Positions 25,501 through 31,961 of a DNA stretch of 31,961 nucleotides are shown here, piece after piece; the first letter of the stretch is position 1; every line of letters starts with the position of its first letter. The notes below the pieces were generated by a model. It was not told the origin of the DNA and ran no database searches. It was given only the letters and a program-made list of their open reading frames with translations. Source of the DNA: a virus (lineage: Duplodnaviria > Caudoviricetes); IMG/VR virus record IMGVR_UViG_3300024242_000006, positions 1 to 31,961 of that record. One strand, given 5' to 3'. The position numbers were made by a program, and so were the translations under genes.

Positions 25501-26624
25501 CATTGTCCGACAATTATTTTGGCGGTTCTAATTCATTACCTTACGACGGATCACCAAATGATTTTGGTTCATTTGCCCTTGCTGACAATGACACAATTTT
25601 AAACGGTCAAGGAACAATTTTCAAATATTTCGTGTTTAAGATTTCAACCGCTGAAGTTGTTGCCGTTTATGATTGTCCACCCGCCCCAACCGGGCCAACT
25701 GACAATTGTGATTCATTATTTTATGAAGCGGGCGGAAGTTTAGCTTCAGCACAAAACACCGGTGGACTTGGATTCATTGGAATTGGTTCAAATGTAAGTG
25801 GATTAAATTCAACAACCAACAACAAAACAACCGTTGCAACATTTGTTTCGCTTGTTTATTCTAATAATTACAACGACTTGAATTCTTTGAGTGGTGGACA
25901 ATTACACGACGCGGTCGACAATTATGTTGCTAATGGAATGACACCTTCAAACGTTTTTATTCAAATTATTGAAGAATCAAATCCAACTGAAGACAATTCT
26001 TCCGTGACATTTAATTCGAACGGATTCATTCAAAATGGTAACGTAACGGTACGCAAAAACATTCAACCGGGAACATATTACGCAAGAATGACAATGGGTT
26101 GGTGTGGTCAATCGCATATCGCGACACAAATATTGACAACGCAATCACTTGCGCCGGTTGTTCCTTTTAATAAATGTGACGCAAATTTATTTGAAGTCGG
26201 CGGAAGAATTAAGTCTTCAAGATCAAAAAGTGCTTCGGGTCAATTTGGAATTTTAGCACTTTTGTCAAATCTTGATGTCTTCAACGTCGCTGAAAACAAA
26301 ACCGTGAATGCGACATGGATCGGAATCATGTATTCAAAATCATACGGCGATCTTGTGGTTGCAACAAACGCTTCGACAATTGAGGCATATCTAGCAGACG
26401 GAACGACACCAAGTAATGTGTCATTCGAAATTTATGATTCCGAAACAACAATCACAAACAACACTTCAATTTCATTTGATTCAAACGGATTTATTGAAAA
26501 TGGAGTTGCTGAAGTTTATACAACAACAACCGACACATCTGTATTTTACACACGAATGATCATTGGGTGGTGTGATGAATACGCTTATGCCGGTGGAATC
26601 AAAACAACTTGGATAAGACCATGA
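22566..26624 (+). CDS. Large tail tip / baseplate hub protein with C-terminal adhesin-like domains
   Basis: 1352 aa. N-terminus DIEKVFTDYSKTFNVPASKTNN is typical of Bacteroidota siphophage tail-tip proteins; duplicated C-terminal domain. Confidence 0.7.
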   Translation: MLQIQLYVENDQGVLEEVELYKDESVTLTQSIQDIMDIEKVFTDYSKTFNVPASKTNNKFFKHFYNYHIDGFDARRKKNAELHLNYKPFKKGKIKLEGTQLKNNEPHTYKLTFFGNTVTLKDLIGEDKLGSLTYLDSLSFLFNDTNIASYMTDGLDGQIGADTIENAIIIPLITHTDRLIYHGSDDTAGTNNLWPGIGDTNARGVNFNQLKPAIRVYTIIKAIEKKYQIEFSEDFFNQTNLPFYNLYMWLHAKEGSLFEDQEAQYTIQGFTNVRGDTNHINGVHTSFFTNSYDESKEKRSIRVKVTPSSNDEYSLVIKQNGEEFKKFSGLTGTTTNGVSNNVPEIEIPNGDYTFFIEAENAATFAIDITIIQTGGGFLGLRGEKQITFSGTAGVLTDQLVNVSSNLPKMKTLDFITGIFKMFNLTSFVKDDGTIVVKSLDSFYAESVNTWDITKHLDKEESIIDSVIPYRQVNIGYEGGDTFLAKNHENLANKKWGTLEFAASDNFDGDEYNIKIPFEHMKFERLRDVQSTAKTNIQWGWSVDSKQESTIGEPILFYASPMIGTIAAVTISGTRQNIVAPFVPSNSLTLTNFFGTQSQSLNFHTEFDEFTEVPNENTLFQTYYKDYVKDLFDKQKRLTFVSAYLPMSITERLSLADKIIVFNNLYRINKITTNFETNKSELELSNILQEKTFKVNPYEINVDLSNDLITADTTLFTADIGNILADGFTIIGSPVIADIIASNDPVKPTTNIPCVVTAATISSIRAESFCEELKFYSTIATAGKICDESNIDEYGFLLATQESYLNASDDIDTLKANSNIQVVSVKKLTGYPTLTTGEKVTTKTGLTDPQTYYARFYVRTNTTDLHPFSDVISQVFTETTNCGVLVTADMTICVTADNNPILNGMRVDCDLDGQVDPTVQIEIFVKYAGAGDNDGYLTQPTLDTITQNGFVFCDDIVNIQSVYHNGQGEYPIVGDNIKYSLSDNYFGGSNSLPYDGSPNDFGSFALADNDTILNGQGTIFKYFVFKISTAEVVAVYDCPPAPTGPTDNCDSLFYEAGGSLASAQNTGGLGFIGIGSNVSGLNSTTNNKTTVATFVSLVYSNNYNDLNSLSGGQLHDAVDNYVANGMTPSNVFIQIIEESNPTEDNSSVTFNSNGFIQNGNVTVRKNIQPGTYYARMTMGWCGQSHIATQILTTQSLAPVVPFNKCDANLFEVGGRIKSSRSKSASGQFGILALLSNLDVFNVAENKTVNATWIGIMYSKSYGDLVVATNASTIEAYLADGTTPSNVSFEIYDSETTITNNTSISFDSNGFIENGVAEVYTTTTDTSVFYTRMIIGWCDEYAYAGGIKTTWIRP

Positions 26625-26764
26625 TAGACAATATTTTAAATCTACTGCAAATCGCAAAAGAAGAAGGGTGGCAAGATGAAAACATCGACATTGCCCTTGG
26701 AAAAAATAAATTCCCCCAAACGCTCAAGGAAGCAATTAAACAAATAAGACATGAAACAAATTGA
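26621..26764 (+). CDS. Small hypothetical protein (47 aa; not in ORF track)
   Basis: MIDNILNLLQIAKEEGWQDENIDIALGKNKFPQTLKEAIKQIRHETN; ATGA overlap, fills the gap. Confidence 0.65.
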   Translation: MIDNILNLLQIAKEEGWQDENIDIALGKNKFPQTLKEAIKQIRHETN

Positions 26765-28637
26765 AGTTGAATTAATTGCCAAGGCTGACAAGGCAATCAA
26801 AGAAGTTCAAGAACTGAAGAAGGAACTTGAAGCAACTCGTAAGACAACCGAAGAAATAAATGATACTGGCAAGAAGGGATTTTCAGGATTAAGAAAATCT
26901 TTTAAAAATTTAACAAAAAGTATTTCCGGCATCAAGAAAGGATTTGGTGGTGTGAGTGCGGCTGCAAAAGGATTTTTGGTTGTATTGGGTGCAAGGGCAA
27001 TTTTCAATAAATTTATGGAAGTTGCAAAACAAAATCAAATTGTTGTTGACGCGCTTGGTGTTGCATTTGGAACGGTTTCTTCAGTTGTCAATCAAGTTGT
27101 GAATGGTTTGACGAATGCTTATAAATCAGTTCAACAAGCAACCGGCGGTTTTGATGCACTTGGAAAAGTCTTAAAAAATGCGTTATTAATTCCATTAAAT
27201 ATTGTCAAAACACAATTCTTCGCAATACAAAAGGGATTATTATTGACACAAGCTGCATGGGAAATGTCATTTCTTGGTGGAAAAGATCCGGCAAAACTTG
27301 CCGAATTAAACACAAAACTTGAAGAAGTTGACGCAAACCTTAAAAACGCAACGACATCTTTGACAGATAACGTCAAAAACATTGGAACCGGTTTCGGTGA
27401 AGCAATTGAAGAAGTAAAAACATTTGGAACCGCTGCAATTGAAAACATAAAAGAAATCGATGTTGCACAAACGGCGGCAAATCAAAAAAGAATTCAAGAT
27501 TTAAGAAATGAAGCAACGCTTGCAATTGCCGAAAACGACAAACTTCAATTTCAATATCAACTTGCAGCGGAACGACAAAGACAAATTCGCGACGACGTAA
27601 CGGCATCAATTGAAGACCGTACGAAGGCAAATAACAAACTTGGCGAAGTATTAGAAGAACAATCAAAACTTCAAGAAGCGAACGCACTTAAAAATTTAGA
27701 ACTTGCGGAATTAGAAGCAAAAGAATTCCCAAATTCAATTGAACGAAAAGTTGCGCTTATTGAAGCTGAAAAGAATCTTGCAGATGTACGGGAAAACATT
27801 GCAGGTTTTGAATCTGAACAACGTGTCAATTCTGAAGCATTAGAACTTGAAGCGATAGAACTTGTTAATTCCAAGAAGGAAGCGGAAAATTTACGTTTCA
27901 TTGAAAAGAAAAGATTCAACGCCGAAGAAATTGAAGACGAGCTCCTTAAACTTCAAGCATTAAAATCCGTCGCACAACAAGAAAAAGAACTTGAAGAAAC
28001 AAGACTTCAAGAACAAATCGATCGACTTGGAATCGGTACACAAGCGCGTCAAGATGCGGAACAACAACTTCTTGATTTCCGACAAGAAAAAGATTTGGAA
28101 ATACAAGAACTTGATGGGCAAATTGAAGATCAAAAAAAGAAAAACGAAGGCGAAGAAATTGCACGTCAAGAAATACTTCAAAGTCAAAAACTTCAACTTG
28201 CAAGTGACGCCCTTGGTGCCGTTTCTGAATTATTGGGTGAAAATTCCAAGGCGGGAAAAGCTGCGGCAATCGCTCAAGCAATTATAAATTCATATCTTGG
28301 ATTCACGGAAGTACTTAAAACCCCTTCGTCACTTCCGGAACCATTCGGTTCAATCCAAAAGGGAATATCCGCGGCGGGTATTCTTGCAAGTGGTTTAAAA
28401 ACCGTTAAATCAATTGTATCAACACCGATACCCGGTGGAGGTGGTGGATCGGCTCCAAGTGCTTCGGCACCACAAGCACCGGCATTTAATGTCGTGGGTG
28501 CATCACCCGAAACACAACTTGCAACCGCCTTGGGTGATCAACAAAAACAACCGGTCAAGGCTTATGTAGTATCGGACGACGTCACCAATGCGCAAGCAAT
28601 GGATCGAAAGATTGTCAAAGGCGCATCAATTGGATAA
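26751..28637 (+). CDS. Tape measure protein
   Basis: 628 aa, Ala/Glu/Lys-rich coiled coil with hydrophobic segments; C-terminal PVKAYVVSDDVT..Q motif. Confidence 0.8.
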   Translation: MKQIEVELIAKADKAIKEVQELKKELEATRKTTEEINDTGKKGFSGLRKSFKNLTKSISGIKKGFGGVSAAAKGFLVVLGARAIFNKFMEVAKQNQIVVDALGVAFGTVSSVVNQVVNGLTNAYKSVQQATGGFDALGKVLKNALLIPLNIVKTQFFAIQKGLLLTQAAWEMSFLGGKDPAKLAELNTKLEEVDANLKNATTSLTDNVKNIGTGFGEAIEEVKTFGTAAIENIKEIDVAQTAANQKRIQDLRNEATLAIAENDKLQFQYQLAAERQRQIRDDVTASIEDRTKANNKLGEVLEEQSKLQEANALKNLELAELEAKEFPNSIERKVALIEAEKNLADVRENIAGFESEQRVNSEALELEAIELVNSKKEAENLRFIEKKRFNAEEIEDELLKLQALKSVAQQEKELEETRLQEQIDRLGIGTQARQDAEQQLLDFRQEKDLEIQELDGQIEDQKKKNEGEEIARQEILQSQKLQLASDALGAVSELLGENSKAGKAAAIAQAIINSYLGFTEVLKTPSSLPEPFGSIQKGISAAGILASGLKTVKSIVSTPIPGGGGGSAPSASAPQAPAFNVVGASPETQLATALGDQQKQPVKAYVVSDDVTNAQAMDRKIVKGASIG

Positions 28638-28660
28638 CAAAATTTTAAAAAATTTATTAT
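28636..28660 (+). promoter_or_regulatory. Putative late promoter, copy 5
   Basis: AACAAAATTTTAAAAAATTTATTAT, with ATG 28667 six nt downstream. Confidence 0.65.
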
Positions 28661-28666
28661 ATTAAT

Positions 28667-29686
28667 ATGGATATCATTGAACTTTTTATCGACGAAGAAG
28701 ACGAAGTTTCTGGAATCGATGCAATAAGTGTCGTCGAAAACCCCGCAATTGAAGAAGATTTCATTGCATTAAAAAATCAAGAATTTAACCTTGCCGAAGT
28801 AGACAAGGAAAAACGTATTTTGATGGGTGCGGCACTTGTACCAAATAAACCCATATTTCGACGTTCTGGTGAAAATGAGTATTATATATACTTCAGCCGT
28901 GAAACGGTCAGAAAGGCGTCCGAATTGTTCTTTATTCGTGGCAATCAATCCCGTTCGACACTTGAACATGATATTCCGTTGAACGGACTTACCGTTGTGG
29001 AATCTTGGATCGTTGAATCTGATCAAGACAAATCACGTCAATACAATATGAATGTTCCGATCGGTACGTGGATGGTTTCCATGAAAGTATTAAACGAAGA
29101 CATTTGGGAAAATTACGTCAAAACGGGCAAGGTAAAAGGATTTTCAATTGAAGCATACTTCACCGACAAAATGGAACGTCCACAAGACAAGTCAGTCAAA
29201 GACGATCTTTCGGCAATTGAAGAAGAAGAAAAACAATTTATCATTTCTGAATTAAAATCAATTTTAAACGAAGAAAAGGTTGAAATGGAATCTTATTCCG
29301 ATTATCCGGATGCGGTTTCAAACAACGCGCAACGTGGGATTGATTTAAATGAAAAGAACGGAAATAAATGCGCAACCCAAGTCGGGAAAATTCGCGCCCG
29401 TCAATTAAGTCAAAACAAACCGATTTCAAAGGAAACTTTGGTTCGAATGTTTTCATATTTAAGTCGCGCACAAGAATATTACGACGAAGGCGACACGGAA
29501 GCGTGTGGAACAATTTCATATTTATTATGGGGTGGCAAAGCCGGTCTTCGATGGGCAACATCAAAAATGCGTGAATTGGATTTGTTATCTGAAGAATTAA
29601 AGGAACCATGTCAAAAAGGATATGAAATGATTGGTTTTAAAACAAAGAACGGACGTCGTGTTCCTAATTGCGTACCCGAAGAATAA
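28667..29686 (+). CDS. Prohead maturation protease (XkdF-like) with C-terminal accessory domains
   Basis: SVVENPAIE, STLEH, VESW, GTW and KGFSIE motifs, then YSDYP...LLWGG..G..WA and PC..GY...G.K...VPNCVP modules. Confidence 0.8.
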   Translation: MDIIELFIDEEDEVSGIDAISVVENPAIEEDFIALKNQEFNLAEVDKEKRILMGAALVPNKPIFRRSGENEYYIYFSRETVRKASELFFIRGNQSRSTLEHDIPLNGLTVVESWIVESDQDKSRQYNMNVPIGTWMVSMKVLNEDIWENYVKTGKVKGFSIEAYFTDKMERPQDKSVKDDLSAIEEEEKQFIISELKSILNEEKVEMESYSDYPDAVSNNAQRGIDLNEKNGNKCATQVGKIRARQLSQNKPISKETLVRMFSYLSRAQEYYDEGDTEACGTISYLLWGGKAGLRWATSKMRELDLLSEELKEPCQKGYEMIGFKTKNGRRVPNCVPEE

Positions 29687-30318
29687 TGTCGACAACAAAA
29701 AACACATCATATAAGGTTCACGTACATCATACCGATCAATCGGAAGTTGATTCCGTAAATATTGAAGACGGTGCAATGCTTCACACGAATGACGCGTTGT
29801 ACATGGGTCACAATGATCAAAACGTGATTGTTTATCCCCAAGGTGGTGTTAAATCACTTGGATGGGTAAGATATGACGACACACAATATGATTCAGATAC
29901 AAAACTCACTTTGTTGGACGGTATCGAAGTTGTTTCACCTAATAACGCGGGTAATATTGTCAAAAGTCATTCAAGCATTAATTTTTATGATTCAACGACA
30001 AAAAAGATTCTTGGAATAAATGAAAACGACACTTATTTGTTCACGGTCGCATTTAAGGCATCCGCAGCAAATGCAAATCAAACTTATTTGGAATATAATT
30101 TAGAAGGATCGGGACAAATTTCAAGGGTTGCCGGGACAATTACATTTCCAAAAGGAAACGACACGGAACACGTTGAAAATTTATTTATGCAATATTATAC
30201 GGATTCCACATTTATAAGTGACGGCGTTCAATTAAAATTTAATTCCGTTGGTGGTGATTCCAAAGTTTGGGACATCATTTATTTTATACAACGAACACAA
30301 AATGCAGATTTAAGCTAA
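29686..30318 (+). CDS. Hypothetical virion-associated protein
   Basis: Beta-rich, about 210 aa; TAATG coupling on both sides. Confidence 0.65.
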   Translation: MSTTKNTSYKVHVHHTDQSEVDSVNIEDGAMLHTNDALYMGHNDQNVIVYPQGGVKSLGWVRYDDTQYDSDTKLTLLDGIEVVSPNNAGNIVKSHSSINFYDSTTKKILGINENDTYLFTVAFKASAANANQTYLEYNLEGSGQISRVAGTITFPKGNDTEHVENLFMQYYTDSTFISDGVQLKFNSVGGDSKVWDIIYFIQRTQNADLS

Positions 30319-30509
30319 TGAAATACAACGTACCATCACACGATCAACGTGCGTGCTTATGCCGTGACGGATCATATTCAAGAAAATGTTGCAATCAAGA
30401 AGATTATTTTGCACAAGGAATCGGAAGCGTTCATCAAGGTGAAACAGATTCGGCGGGAACAATTACGCAAGTCGACAACACAAGAACAATCACACGATCA
30501 AACGGTTAA
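30318..30509 (+). CDS. Small Cys-rich protein
   Basis: RACLCRDGSYSRKCC...QGIG motif; ATG 30318. Confidence 0.65.
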   Translation: MKYNVPSHDQRACLCRDGSYSRKCCNQEDYFAQGIGSVHQGETDSAGTITQVDNTRTITRSNG

Positions 30510-30512
30510 AAA

Positions 30513-30537
30513 TACAACAAACCTTAATTTTAATTAT
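30513..30537 (+). promoter_or_regulatory. Putative late promoter, copy 6
   Basis: TACAACAAACCTTAATTTTAATTAT, with ATG 30547 nine nt downstream. Confidence 0.6.
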
Positions 30538-30546
30538 TAAATAAAT

Positions 30547-31140
30547 ATGAATTCAAATGTTATGATAAATCAAATCAAAACTTTACTTGGAATGGAAACA
30601 ACACTTGCCCAAGTAAAACTCGAGAACGGAACGGTGATCGAAGCGGAAGAAATGGTCGAAGGAAAAGAAGTTTTCATTGTGACCGAAGAAGAACGAATTG
30701 CAATGCCAACCGGGACTTATAATCTCGAGGACGGGTCAATTTTGGTCGTCGAAGAAGAAGGGATCATTGCATCCGTTGGCGCGGCTGAAGAAGCACCGGA
30801 AGAAGAAGTTGAAGCTGAAGTTGCTGAAGACTTATCTGAAGAAGTGACTGAAGAAAATCTTGAAGAAGAAAAAGAAGAAATGGGTTACGCGACAAAAGAA
30901 GAACTTGCCGAAGTTAAATCAATGATTGAAGACATCAAGGCAATGATTCAAAAAGAAGAAATGTCGGAAGAAGTTTCTGAAGAAGTACAAGAAGAAGTTA
31001 AAGAAGAATTGTCCGCAGTTGAAAAGGTGACACACAATCCCGAAACTGAAGACAAGAAAATCAATTTCTTATATGGTCAATCACGTCCACAAAACACAAT
31101 GGATCGTGTAATGAATAAAATATCACAAATCAACAAATAA
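30547..31140 (+). CDS. Capsid scaffolding protein
   Basis: Very Glu-rich, with P.G.Y.LEDG..LVVEEEG.I motif; immediately upstream of the capsid gene. Confidence 0.75.
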   Translation: MNSNVMINQIKTLLGMETTLAQVKLENGTVIEAEEMVEGKEVFIVTEEERIAMPTGTYNLEDGSILVVEEEGIIASVGAAEEAPEEEVEAEVAEDLSEEVTEENLEEEKEEMGYATKEELAEVKSMIEDIKAMIQKEEMSEEVSEEVQEEVKEELSAVEKVTHNPETEDKKINFLYGQSRPQNTMDRVMNKISQINK

Positions 31141-31159
31141 ATTTTAAAATAAATCAATT

Positions 31160-31961
31160 ATGAGTACAACAACAAGTTTGACAACGTCATATGCGGGTGC
31201 TGGAGGGAAAGAATATATTGCCGCGGCACTTCTTTCGGGATCAACAATCGAAAACGGATTAATCACAGTAAAACCGAATATCAAACACAAAGAAGTTTTG
31301 AAGAAAGTTTCTACCGATGCAATCTTAAAAGATGCTTCTTGTGATTTTACTGCGACATCAACTTTGACATTAAGTGAAAGAATCATTGAACCAAAGGAAT
31401 TAAAGGTCAACTTACAATTGTGTAAGGCAGATTTTCGCGGTGATTTTGAAGCGATTGACATGGGAATGAGCGCACATGATTCATTACCCCCAAATTTTGC
31501 TGACTTCTTAATCGGACACGTTGCCGGAAAAGTAGCGCAAAGAATCGAACAAAACATTTGGGCGGGTGACGCTTCAACAAGTGGGGACTTCGATGGTATT
31601 TCAACACTTATCGCAGCGGACGCACTTCTTCCAAGTGGACAAGAAATTGCAGGAACAACCGTGACGGCTTCAAATGTCATCGCGCAATTAGGAAGCATTG
31701 TGGATTCAATTCCTTCAAGTTTATATGGAAGTGAAGATTTGAACATCTATGTTTCACAAAACATCGCGCGTGCATACGTGCGTGCCCTTGGCGGTTTTTC
31801 AGTAGCAGCGACGTCAAACGCCGGTGTTGGATCACAAGGAACACAATGGTGGAACGGTGGGGCACTTTCGTTTGATGGCGTGAAAATCGCAATTGCAAAT
31901 GGACTGGCTTACAACACTGCAATCGCAGCAGAGAAATCAAATATTTTCTTTGGAACGGGAA
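31160..31961 (+). CDS. Major capsid protein, N-terminal part (runs off the window end; not in ORF track)
   Basis: ATG 31160, MSTTTSLTTSYAGAGGKEYIAAALLSG...VNLQLCK..., open to the end and joining the 1-472 frame. Confidence 0.9.
   Translation, partial: MSTTTSLTTSYAGAGGKEYIAAALLSGSTIENGLITVKPNIKHKEVLKKVSTDAILKDASCDFTATSTLTLSERIIEPKELKVNLQLCKADFRGDFEAIDMGMSAHDSLPPNFADFLIGHVAGKVAQRIEQNIWAGDASTSGDFDGISTLIAADALLPSGQEIAGTTVTASNVIAQLGSIVDSIPSSLYGSEDLNIYVSQNIARAYVRALGGFSVAATSNAGVGSQGTQWWNGGALSFDGVKIAIANGLAYNTAIAAEKSNIFFGTG
31642..31961. repeat. Direct terminal repeat, right copy
   Basis: Matches 1-320 with 10 substitutions. Confidence 0.97.

Noticed and set aside
30780-31010. GAAGAA-rich repeats as an array
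   Set aside because: This is low-complexity Glu coding in the scaffold protein, with no repeat-spacer structure.
31144-31746. 200-aa minus-strand ORF and the other minus-strand ORFs in the track
   Set aside because: They are antisense shadows of well-supported + strand genes (here the capsid gene) with no recognisable motifs. Scarcity of CTA also removes antisense TAG stops and lengthens such ORFs.
1-31961. Stop-codon reassignment suggested by TAG rarity
   Set aside because: Genes are intact and densely packed under code 11, TAG terminates ORFs at 7636 and 9941, and I saw no suppressor tRNA.

Overview
The window is an essentially complete ~31.64 kb circular or circularly permuted genome of a siphovirus-type tailed phage. 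Positions 1-320 recur at 31642-31961 and split the major capsid gene. Gene families (DUF3127 SSB, XkdF-type prohead protease, tail tube type) and A-rich, SD-less translation starts point to a Bacteroidota host, probably Flavobacteriia. All credible genes are on the + strand. I recognised no integrase, repressor, DNA polymerase, tRNA, CRISPR array or reverse transcriptase. Modules: head, neck, fibre and lysis (1-7288); replication, recombination and regulation, including a phage sigma factor and a DnaA domain IV protein (7394-13417); a nuclease / C5-methyltransferase / PAPS-reductase-like cluster (13338-15805); terminase; a small early-type cassette; tail; protease, scaffold and capsid. Less obvious features: a 166-aa gene nested in the +1 frame of the methyltransferase, which looks like the second subunit of a split enzyme; a six-copy putative late promoter WACAW-N13-TWATTAT with near-leaderless starts; a -1 frameshift in the tail chaperone; three 3'-UTR elements antisense to start-codon regions; TAD repeats shared between virion proteins; and apparent CTV/BAG trinucleotide avoidance. 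All functional calls come from motif recognition by eye, not database searches.
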